Of a stretch of 64,000 bases of DNA, positions 1-7,639 are shown piece after piece. The position numbers were made by a program, and so were the translations under genes. The DNA comes from a virus: IMG/VR virus record IMGVR_UViG_3300048694_000674, positions 1 through 64,000 of that record. One strand, written 5' to 3'. Below the pieces are notes generated by a model, which saw nothing but the letters and a program-made list of their open reading frames with translations, was not told the origin of the DNA and did not search any database. The number at the start of each line of letters is the position of its first letter. The first letter of the stretch is position 1.

Positions 1-161
1 AAATTATTTTTACCATATTTTTTTATGGCTTTATGTAATAGAGTATTTGATCCCTTTTCAGATGATTTAATATGTTGGGAAAATCTTATATATTCATTTG
101 TTATAGTTTTTCCTATGTACATTTTTTGGTTAATTTTATTTTGTATTTTATATATAATCAT
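1..161 (-). CDS. GIY-YIG homing endonuclease, 5' part (runs off window edge)
   Basis: Minus-strand translation from ATG 161: MIIYKIQNKINQKMYIGKT...RFSQH...LLHKAIKKYGKNNF; TATAAATA upstream at 207-200. Confidence 0.85.
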   Translation of the reverse strand, partial: MIIYKIQNKINQKMYIGKTITNEYIRFSQHIKSSEKGSNTLLHKAIKKYGKNN

Positions 162-199
162 AGAAGCATAACCCTTATTCTTTATGAAGTTGGATACAT

Positions 200-207
200 T
201 ATTTATA
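200..207 (-). promoter_or_regulatory. T4-type late promoter TATAAATA
   Basis: Exact T4 late consensus upstream of the GIY-YIG start. Confidence 0.7.
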
Positions 208-223
208 AAATAAGAATTTTAAT

Positions 224-325
224 ATGGGTCCAGAAACACAGAAGGAGCATCGTGAAATCGCGACTGATGCTTGGTATCAAATTACTGATAAATTTCCTAG
301 CCTGAAGGATGCTTTGGATATATAA
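224..325 (+). pseudogene. thyX: Orphan C-terminal fragment of flavin-dependent thymidylate synthase ThyX
   Basis: MGPETQKEHREIATDAWYQITDKFPSLKDALDI* resembles the phage ThyX C-terminal TQKEHxxIA motif; in-frame stop at 206-208 upstream. Confidence 0.65.
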
Positions 326-328
326 ATA
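321..328 (+). promoter_or_regulatory. T4-type late promoter for the curli-like operon
   Basis: TATAAATA, then GGAG SD and ATG 354. Confidence 0.75.
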
Positions 329-353
329 ATACAGTATTGTATGGAGATATGAC

Positions 354-791
354 ATGAAGAAAATGGCACTATTATTGTGTCTGTTTTCTTCTGTTTCGTT
401 TGCAAATGAAATGCAGTTCCAATTCAAGAGTCCTGCATTCTCTGGTAATGGTTATTCGTCTCATGTTCTTACAGTTGAAAATCTTGAGCAGACAAGAAAA
501 CAGAAGATCATAGACGATCAAAAGGCTGCTGCTGCTCAGGCTGCGGCAGACGCTAGAAATACAAATTTACAGAAGTTTTTGAACAATCTAGAGAGTCGTA
601 TCTATGCAACGATTTCTCAGAATATAGCTGCTCAACTGTTCAAGTCAAATGGTTCTACATCTGGTGAGTTTACAGTTGATGGAAACACTATGAATTGGTC
701 TTCAAACGGTCAGGAAGTGTCTTTACATATCACTGACCCAAATGGTAATACAACAGATGTTGTTGTTCCATATGGGAGTCTAGCATGGTAA
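354..791 (+). CDS. csgF: Curli assembly protein CsgF-like
   Basis: Signal peptide then QFQFKSPAFSGNGY (CsgF N-terminal F.NP.FGG-type motif), FLNNLESRIY; adjacent to csgG. Confidence 0.8.
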   Translation: MKKMALLLCLFSSVSFANEMQFQFKSPAFSGNGYSSHVLTVENLEQTRKQKIIDDQKAAAAQAAADARNTNLQKFLNNLESRIYATISQNIAAQLFKSNGSTSGEFTVDGNTMNWSSNGQEVSLHITDPNGNTTDVVVPYGSLAW

Positions 792-1594
792 AGTATGTTT
801 TGTTATTTGCTAGTTTGATTTTGGCTGGTTGTTCTGGTTCTAAAGCTACAAAAGAAACTATTGAAGCACAGGCTGAAGCTCCTGTGATTGTTACTCATGG
901 TAGATTCAATGAGCTTTTGAATATGACACCACCAGCTGGACCATTGATTCCGATTGCTGTTTATCGTTTTGCTGATTTGACTGGTCAACGTAAGCCATCT
1001 AATTCATTTGCGAGTTTGAGTTCGGCAGTTACACAAGGTGCTGAAGTTATATTATTGAAAGCATTACAGGATGCTGGTCATGGGAAATGGTTTCAACCAG
1101 TTGAACGTGTTGGTTTAGATAATCTTGTCAAAGAAAGACAACTGATTCGTTCACAAAGAGAATTATACGAGAAGGATCAGGCGAAACCACTGACACCTCT
1201 TATAGTAGCAGGGATTATGATTGATGGCGGCATTGTCGGGTATGATTCTGATCTGGGTACTGGTGGTGTTGGTGCTCGCTTTCTTGGAGTAGGCGCTGAT
1301 CAACAGTATAGGAAAGATGAAGTAACAGTAATGATTCGTTTGATTTCAGTTAATACTGGTGAAATATTATTATCTACTGCAGTAACAAAGAGTGTCTTTA
1401 GTACAGGTGTAAATGCTAATATGCTGAAGTTTGTTGATGCTGGTACAAAAGCAGTGGAGTTTGAGGCAGGTTCATCTATCAATGAACCGACAACGTATGC
1501 TGTAAGAATAGCTATCGAGGCAGCAGTTACTGATATGATAAAGCAAGGCGTAACAAAAAAACTCTGGGATTACAAGAAAGGAACAAAGAAATGA
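785..1594 (+). CDS. csgG: Curli secretion pore lipoprotein CsgG
   Basis: Lipobox LAGC; IAVYRFADLTGQRK, AVTQGA, WFQPVERVGLDNLVKERQLIR, GGIVGYD motifs. Confidence 0.92.
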   Translation: MVKYVLLFASLILAGCSGSKATKETIEAQAEAPVIVTHGRFNELLNMTPPAGPLIPIAVYRFADLTGQRKPSNSFASLSSAVTQGAEVILLKALQDAGHGKWFQPVERVGLDNLVKERQLIRSQRELYEKDQAKPLTPLIVAGIMIDGGIVGYDSDLGTGGVGARFLGVGADQQYRKDEVTVMIRLISVNTGEILLSTAVTKSVFSTGVNANMLKFVDAGTKAVEFEAGSSINEPTTYAVRIAIEAAVTDMIKQGVTKKLWDYKKGTKK

Positions 1595-2265
1595 AACTGA
1601 TAGCAAGAATGATGGCGTTATTGTCATTCTTGGTTATGTTTCAATATGCAAATGCGGCGAATAATAGTATCTATGTGGATCAAATTGGTGATGGAACAAC
1701 TATATCACTAACGCAAACTGGAAGTGGAAACCAAATAGGAAGTACTGCTAAAAGATCTTCTTTTACTGGCAGTAATAATATAGTAAACGTACAACAGATT
1801 GGTAATCAGAATACTGTCGATATGACTGTCGTTGGTTCTGGTGCAACAATCACAAACACAATCACTGGTAACAATAACAAGGTTGATTTGGTTTGCGATA
1901 GTTGTACAGCATCTACGATCAATAAACAGATTACTGGTAACGGTAACGAAGTATCGATGACAAACGATGGTCTTACTAATACAAATATTGTTATTGAATC
2001 AGACAACAACAAAATCACTATGACAAATAATACGTCATCTGTTGCTGGTGTAAACAATGACATCAATATCTCTGGTGGTAATGGTAACGAAGTAACACTT
2101 GATCAAACAGGAGCAGCATCTACCGAAGGACACTTCTTCAAGTTGGTAGTTGTTGGTGCAATGAATTTATTCAATATAGGACAGGGTGGTACAGTTGACT
2201 CAAAGATCGATGCTACAGTTACTGGTTCTAGCAACACTGTTACTATCAAGTCCAACCATCAGTAA
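1591..2265 (+). CDS. Secreted curlin-like repeat protein (CsgA/CsgB-like beta-solenoid)
   Basis: Signal peptide; N/G/T-rich repeats of QxGxxN (QTGSGN, QIGNQN, ITGNNN, ITGNGN). Confidence 0.75.
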   Translation: MKLIARMMALLSFLVMFQYANAANNSIYVDQIGDGTTISLTQTGSGNQIGSTAKRSSFTGSNNIVNVQQIGNQNTVDMTVVGSGATITNTITGNNNKVDLVCDSCTASTINKQITGNGNEVSMTNDGLTNTNIVIESDNNKITMTNNTSSVAGVNNDINISGGNGNEVTLDQTGAASTEGHFFKLVVVGAMNLFNIGQGGTVDSKIDATVTGSSNTVTIKSNHQ

Positions 2266-3295
2266 TGCTGGCGTAGGATTAGTAACAGAACAAACTGGAC
2301 CGACTGAAATAAAAAGGCAGAACGCATTCGTTCCTAGTTCGCTCAATTCAGATGTTGAGATGAACGATACGATTACAACTGCCAATGCAAAAGCTGGTAT
2401 CACCTTCAAAGATGAGACCAAAGTTGAAATAACTGAACAAAGCAAATTAGTTATTGACAACTTCGTCTATGATGGTGAGAAGAAAGCTGGCAAGCTAGGT
2501 ATCAAGATGGCTCTTGGTACTATCAAGTATGCTTCTGGTCAGATAGCAAAGTCTGATCCGCAGCAGGTTAAGGTTGAGACTCCGACTGCAACTATTGGTG
2601 TTCGTGGTACGGATTTCTCAGGAACTGTTGATGAAACTGGTAAGTCAACAATCATCCTTCTACCTTCTTGTCCAGTAGGGTGGAAAGACATTGGGCGCGA
2701 TTGTATTACTGGTAATATTTCTGTTACTACTATTATGGGGACTATTTGGCTCACCAAACCTTTTGAATCGGTAACTGTTCAAACTGGTATGACGAAGCCA
2801 GTCTCCTCAATACTAAATCTTGATCTCAATCAGATCAATAACCTTTTGATTGTAACACCACCAAAAGGACGACCAGTAGAAGTTACTGCTGCCGCAAAGG
2901 AAATAAACTTTCTTGATCAGGATTTTCTGAAACAAGATCTACTAAAATATGATGAGCTGAATAAGAACTATTTGAGCGGAGAAGATTTTTTCAAGAATCC
3001 GTTGGCTGCTGATTACTTCCTTAGTATGCTAGACGTTACTAGATCACAGCTGCTTGGTAATGAGCTGGAACAGTATGGTAAGCTACTGCCGAAGTATGAT
3101 CCTGCTAGCGGCATTAAATATAACGTGACAGGCGAGCAGGTTGTGTTGTTCAGAGAAACTGTAAATAGTTATGCTGAAGTGAACGTAGAAACTACAAGAA
3201 TGTCTTCATTGACTTTCGATCAAGAAAACGTTGCTGTGAAGCAGCTAGTAAATGGACCTGGAACTACAACAATAACTATAAGGCAGAGTCAATGA
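2210..3295 (+). CDS. Periplasmic FecR-domain protein
   Basis: Signal peptide from ATG 2210; VETPTATIGVRGTDF FecR motif. Confidence 0.85.
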   Translation: MLQLLVLATLLLSSPTISNAGVGLVTEQTGPTEIKRQNAFVPSSLNSDVEMNDTITTANAKAGITFKDETKVEITEQSKLVIDNFVYDGEKKAGKLGIKMALGTIKYASGQIAKSDPQQVKVETPTATIGVRGTDFSGTVDETGKSTIILLPSCPVGWKDIGRDCITGNISVTTIMGTIWLTKPFESVTVQTGMTKPVSSILNLDLNQINNLLIVTPPKGRPVEVTAAAKEINFLDQDFLKQDLLKYDELNKNYLSGEDFFKNPLAADYFLSMLDVTRSQLLGNELEQYGKLLPKYDPASGIKYNVTGEQVVLFRETVNSYAEVNVETTRMSSLTFDQENVAVKQLVNGPGTTTITIRQSQ

Positions 3296-3564
3296 GAACG
3301 ATTATAGCTTTACTACTAATGACTGGATCTGTTTTTGCTCAGACAGTTAGCAATATAAACAATGCCACAGTGAATATGCAAGGAGCGAATCAGAATGTTA
3401 GTATTACTCAAACTGGTACTGGCCACAGTGCTACTGTTGATCTTCGTGGCAACAATGTCAGTTTTATCGGATCACAGAATTCCAGTAGCCCTCAAAGCTA
3501 TTCTTTTAGTGTTGACTGTGGCACTTCATGCCCTACTTCTCCCTACACTATCACTCAGTATTAA
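3292..3564 (+). CDS. Small secreted curlin-like protein
   Basis: Signal peptide (VFAQ), QGANQN/QTGTGH repeats, C-terminal Cys pair. Confidence 0.6.
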   Translation: MRTIIALLLMTGSVFAQTVSNINNATVNMQGANQNVSITQTGTGHSATVDLRGNNVSFIGSQNSSSPQSYSFSVDCGTSCPTSPYTITQY

Positions 3565-3567
3565 TTA

Positions 3568-5643
3568 ATGGAAAAGCTCGGTATATTACTAACAAGCACA
3601 TGGGCAGCTGTTATATCAGCATTACTGCTGGTAGCTGTTTATTTTTGGAATCCAAGCGCAGTAGAGATTCTGCGCCTAAAGACATTTGATTATCTAATTA
3701 CATCATTACCACAAAAAGAATCAAAAGAGATAGTTCTCGTTGAGTTTGGAGAAAAATCTGTACAGAAATTTGGTCAATGGCCATTCGATCGCAGAGATAT
3801 TGCTAACACAATAAAGAAGCTAAGAGAGAATGGTGCTGGAGTTATTATTGCTCCTATTTTATTTTCCGAGAAAGACAGAGCTGGTGGCGATCAGGCTCTG
3901 ATAGAAATTCTAAAGGAAAATGGAGTTGTCATTGCACAAACACCAACCACACAGACCAAAAAGCCAGATGCTGCTAGAAGAGGGTTTGCCGCTATCGGTT
4001 CTGACCCTCGTCCATGGACTTACACTTGGGATGGTGCTATCCCCCCTCTACCAGCTCTTGCAGGAGCAGCGGATGGTGTGGGATTACTCGCCACATTCAG
4101 TGAGCGTGATGGTGTTGTCCGCAGGTTGCCTATGCTTGCTAGGATTGTGGATGTTCTTTATCCATCAATTGTACTGGAAGGACTACGAGTCGCAGCTGGT
4201 GATCCCAGTTATCAAATCAAAACCAGTGAAGCAGGAATCGAGTTTGTCCGTATCCCTCAGTTCCCGCCAATCCAAACCGATGAACATGGTAGGATCTGGC
4301 TCTCGTGGAACACAAAGTTCGAAACAATTGATGCAACAGAAATTGGGTCAAAAGACTCCTATGAAAAAATCACAGAAAAAATTGTTATCTTAGGATTGAC
4401 AATTGAAGGTGTTGGAGGTATAATAGCAACTCCGATTGGCGAGAAGTGGGCGCACGAACTACAGGCTCAGGCATTACAAACTGTTATTGATGGAACTACA
4501 ATAACTCGTCTGTCATATGCAAACATAGTAGAGCTATTCCTGCTATTATCGCTCCTAGCCATGCTACTATTTCTAGTACCGAGGACATCTGTAAAGTGGA
4601 CCATTCCATTATATTCGTTCTTTGTTGCTAGTATAATCGGTAGCTCTTACTATGCATTCAGCGAATACATGCAGCTATGGGACCCAAGCTATTTAGTTCT
4701 ATCAGCTACAATCGTTTTTGGTCATTTGATTTACAATAACTTTGCTCGTGAGAACAGATTGAAACTGCAAATCAAAAAGCAGTTTGGAACTTATCTTTCT
4801 CCTGCTCTGGTTGAGAAACTACAAAAAGATCCATCGTTACTCAAACTTGGAGGAGAAACACGTGAGCTCTCAATCATGTTCACTGATGTTCGCGGTTTTA
4901 CTAGCATATCTGAGCATTATGGTGCTAACGTTCAGGGCTTAACTCAAATTATGAATCGCTATATGACAGCGATGACTGCAAAGATATTACAAAACGAAGG
5001 CACATTGGACAAGTATATTGGTGATGCTCAGATGGCATTCTGGAATGCACCACTAGATGATAAACTACATGCTAAACACGCAGTAAAGACAGCATTGGAG
5101 ATGTTAGGTGACTTGGAAAGATTTAATAACGAGATTATGGTTGAGGGTGTTCCTCCTTTCGGTATGGGTCTTGGTATTAATACGGGCAGTGTTGTGGTGG
5201 GAAACATGGGATCTTCTCAAAGATTCGATTATACTTGTCTCGGTGATTCTGTTAACCTTGCATCACGCCTTGAAGGACAGTCCAAACCATACCATGTCAA
5301 ATTAGTAATTGGTCCTAAAACATATGAGTACGTTAAGGATGAATATCTCTGTCTTGAGTTAGATTGTCTTGCTGTTAAAGGAAAAACAGAAGGCGTAAAC
5401 ATCTATACGATTGTCAACAAAAAGCCAAAGAATATTGCTGATGCTCGTTCACACAAGCTATTCATAGATGCATATCGTAAACAAAACTGGTATCTTTGTA
5501 AGGATTATGCAACCAGTTTAGAAAATTCATTTGATGGTGATATGAAAGAGTATTATCATATGATGTTAGAAAGAATAGAGGAATACAAAAGCAATCCTCT
5601 ACCTTTTGATTGGGATGGCGTTTACAGAACAAACACCAAGTAA
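3568..5643 (+). CDS. CHASE2-domain transmembrane class III adenylate cyclase
   Basis: N-terminal TM; CHASE2 (GQWPFDR, DGVVRR); about 3 TMs; catalytic FTDVRGFT, DKYIGDAQMAFW, YTCLGDSVNLASRLEG. Confidence 0.93.
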   Translation: MEKLGILLTSTWAAVISALLLVAVYFWNPSAVEILRLKTFDYLITSLPQKESKEIVLVEFGEKSVQKFGQWPFDRRDIANTIKKLRENGAGVIIAPILFSEKDRAGGDQALIEILKENGVVIAQTPTTQTKKPDAARRGFAAIGSDPRPWTYTWDGAIPPLPALAGAADGVGLLATFSERDGVVRRLPMLARIVDVLYPSIVLEGLRVAAGDPSYQIKTSEAGIEFVRIPQFPPIQTDEHGRIWLSWNTKFETIDATEIGSKDSYEKITEKIVILGLTIEGVGGIIATPIGEKWAHELQAQALQTVIDGTTITRLSYANIVELFLLLSLLAMLLFLVPRTSVKWTIPLYSFFVASIIGSSYYAFSEYMQLWDPSYLVLSATIVFGHLIYNNFARENRLKLQIKKQFGTYLSPALVEKLQKDPSLLKLGGETRELSIMFTDVRGFTSISEHYGANVQGLTQIMNRYMTAMTAKILQNEGTLDKYIGDAQMAFWNAPLDDKLHAKHAVKTALEMLGDLERFNNEIMVEGVPPFGMGLGINTGSVVVGNMGSSQRFDYTCLGDSVNLASRLEGQSKPYHVKLVIGPKTYEYVKDEYLCLELDCLAVKGKTEGVNIYTIVNKKPKNIADARSHKLFIDAYRKQNWYLCKDYATSLENSFDGDMKEYYHMMLERIEEYKSNPLPFDWDGVYRTNTK

Positions 5644-6015
5644 TTATTTTTGGTCAGGTGTATCGACGTGTTTAGCTGCGAGTTCCTTTGCAGCTTTCAC
5701 CTGTCTGTCAGCAGCCAACAATTCTTTCGCCTGTGCTGCTGAAGCAGTTTCAACGTCATGGATATGTCTTTCTGATTCGATCTCTTTACCGCGAAGTTGA
5801 AGAACGATGTTGATCTTCTGATTCAGTCTGATAAGATCGTTGTCCAACATGCGTATGCGATCGATCAGAGCAATCAAAACTCCATTTGCTTCACCAAGTA
5901 CTGGTTTGATTTCAGTTGTCGTCCACTGCCATACGAAGTAAACAAAATAACCTAGTCCTGCAGCAGCAACAATAGGAAACCCATACTTGTTGATTAGATC
6001 AGCTATCTCGCCCAT
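5644..6015 (-). CDS. Small membrane/coiled-coil protein (paralog of 7280-7567)
   Basis: N-terminal TM GFPIVAAAGLGYFVYFVW, then a heptad-rich segment. Confidence 0.75.
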   Translation of the reverse strand: MGEIADLINKYGFPIVAAAGLGYFVYFVWQWTTTEIKPVLGEANGVLIALIDRIRMLDNDLIRLNQKINIVLQLRGKEIESERHIHDVETASAAQAKELLAADRQVKAAKELAAKHVDTPDQK

Positions 6016-6018
6016 CGA

Positions 6019-6552
6019 TTAAAACCACAACCATATGCCTTGCGACATTAATGTCAAACCGACTGCCATAACACCAAAACTAGCCCAGAACATTGCTGCG
6101 CTCACAGCAACGATTGAAGCGGAAACAAGAACAATAGCCATCTGCATAGCAGAACCAGCAAATGAAATCCATGGAGACTTCTTCTTTGCTAAGTCACGTT
6201 CAGCTTCAAGAGCTGCAGCTTTTTCCATTAGTTCTTTCTTGCCTTCACCAGTAGTAGGATCTGACTCATAGCGTTTTGATGTTGCTCTGTATTTGTCAGC
6301 TTTTTCTTTATCGCCTCTAACATCTGCATCATCTGCTGCGTTATCTACGATAGTTTGCTTGATTGACTTAGCCTGATAGAAAGACCATGTATCATTTGCT
6401 TTGATAGTGTTTGTTAAAATTGTGCCACTCAGTCCATTAGCTATATAAGTATTGAATGCAAGAAATAGAGCGAATACTGAAATAACGAATCCAGCTTTGT
6501 CTTTTATTTTTGCTTCGCGTTCGCTTCTTGATAAAGGTTTTACTTCGGTCAT
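6019..6552 (-). CDS. DUF4337-like membrane protein
   Basis: NDTWSFYQAKSIKQ motif; one N-terminal and two C-terminal TMs. Confidence 0.75.
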   Translation of the reverse strand: MTEVKPLSRSEREAKIKDKAGFVISVFALFLAFNTYIANGLSGTILTNTIKANDTWSFYQAKSIKQTIVDNAADDADVRGDKEKADKYRATSKRYESDPTTGEGKKELMEKAAALEAERDLAKKKSPWISFAGSAMQMAIVLVSASIVAVSAAMFWASFGVMAVGLTLMSQGIWLWF

Positions 6553-6564
6553 ATTGGGAATCTC

Positions 6565-7197
6565 CTATATATTTTTGTGCGTTTTTAAATGCGAAGACAT
6601 TGAATTTGATGGATATAATAAACCACAACATTTACAAGGAATTTTTGGATATTTTTTACCTTTTTGACCAATAGACATATTTAATTTACCTTGTTCTGAT
6701 TTTGGTTTTCTAAATGATTTTTTTGTTTCTTCGCTATATATAACTTTGGATCTTGATTCGGCGTTTTTTGAAACTCTAGGATCTTCTTTATTTAATCCTT
6801 TATTCCAAGGTTTTCTACCTTTACCAGCTATTGATAATTTTAATTTTGATTCAATAGTATGTAGTTTACCTTCTCTACCTTTTGTTGATTTAGATATTTT
6901 CAATTTTGTTTCTTCAGACACAGTGTATATCCTGCCACTAACACCTTCACCACCGTCAGTTTTATTATGAAGTATACCTGTTTTATTGTTTTTTCTTCCA
7001 TATTTCGCAATTAATTCCATTTCAAAGTTATGAGCTTCTTTTTCACTTATATTTTCTTTAATTATTTGTATATTATTAGGGTTTTTGGGCAATTTAACGC
7101 TATGATATTTTGACCAAGCTCTTTTTTCTTTACCTTTTCCTATGTAATATGGTGTTCCGTTTTCGCGGAGATATTGATAAACGTAATAAATATGCAT
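6565..7197 (-). mobile_element. Free-standing GIY-YIG homing endonuclease with NUMOD3-type repeats
   Basis: YYVYQYLRENGTPYYIGKG, LHNKTDGGEG, SEETKLKIS, KPWNKG; GGAGGAG SD before ATG 7197; very AT-rich. Confidence 0.88.
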
Positions 7198-7226
7198 ATG
7201 CTGATTCTCCTCCAATAAGAATTAGA

Positions 7227-7267
7227 GTAGTTGGGACTGCAGTCCGCGAACTACAATATTATTTATA
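7227..7267 (-). promoter_or_regulatory. Late promoter TATAAATA plus 5' leader hairpin of the endonuclease gene
   Basis: TATAAATA 7267-7260; GTAGTT/AACTAC and GGAC-TGCA-GTCC stems at 7227-7254. Confidence 0.65.
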
Positions 7268-7279
7268 ATAAGTAAGAAG

Positions 7280-7567
7280 TCAGTCACGCCTAGCGTCATT
7301 TTTACCATCGGCTCTGGCTATACGATCTACGTCTGGTTTTACACCGAGTGCATTACTAACTAAAGTATCGATACGGATAACGTCATGGTTCATTGTTCTA
7401 ACACGATTATCGAGTGCCATAATGATTCCTTTCAAACCATTTACAGAACTTGTAACACCAGCCAGAATAAACTTCATTGTAAGAAAAACAAAATAGCCAC
7501 CAGCGCATGCTGCAGCTATAGGGAAACCAACATCGGCTACTAACTTAAAAAAAGCATTGATATCCAT
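7280..7567 (-). CDS. Small membrane/coiled-coil protein (paralog of 5644-6015)
   Basis: GFPIAAACAGGYFVF TM; ALDNRVRTMNHDVIRID aligns with ALIDRIRMLDNDLIRLN. Confidence 0.75.
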   Translation of the reverse strand: MDINAFFKLVADVGFPIAAACAGGYFVFLTMKFILAGVTSSVNGLKGIIMALDNRVRTMNHDVIRIDTLVSNALGVKPDVDRIARADGKNDARRD

Positions 7568-7587
7568 GTTTTGATTCCTTTTTATTA

Positions 7588-7616
7588 TTGACTTTTTTTG
7601 ACATATATGGTATATT
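7588..7616 (+). promoter_or_regulatory. sigma70-type promoter for nrdA
   Basis: TTGACT-17-TATATT. Confidence 0.6.
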
Positions 7617-7639
7617 TAGAAGAATAAACGGAGAAGAAA

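Noticed and set aside
72-427. ORFs 72-305 (+) and 203-427 (-)
   Set aside because: Shadow frames over the GIY-YIG start, the ThyX fragment and csgF
7598-7616. NrdR box upstream of nrdA
   Set aside because: Only a weak single partial match, overlapping promoter elements
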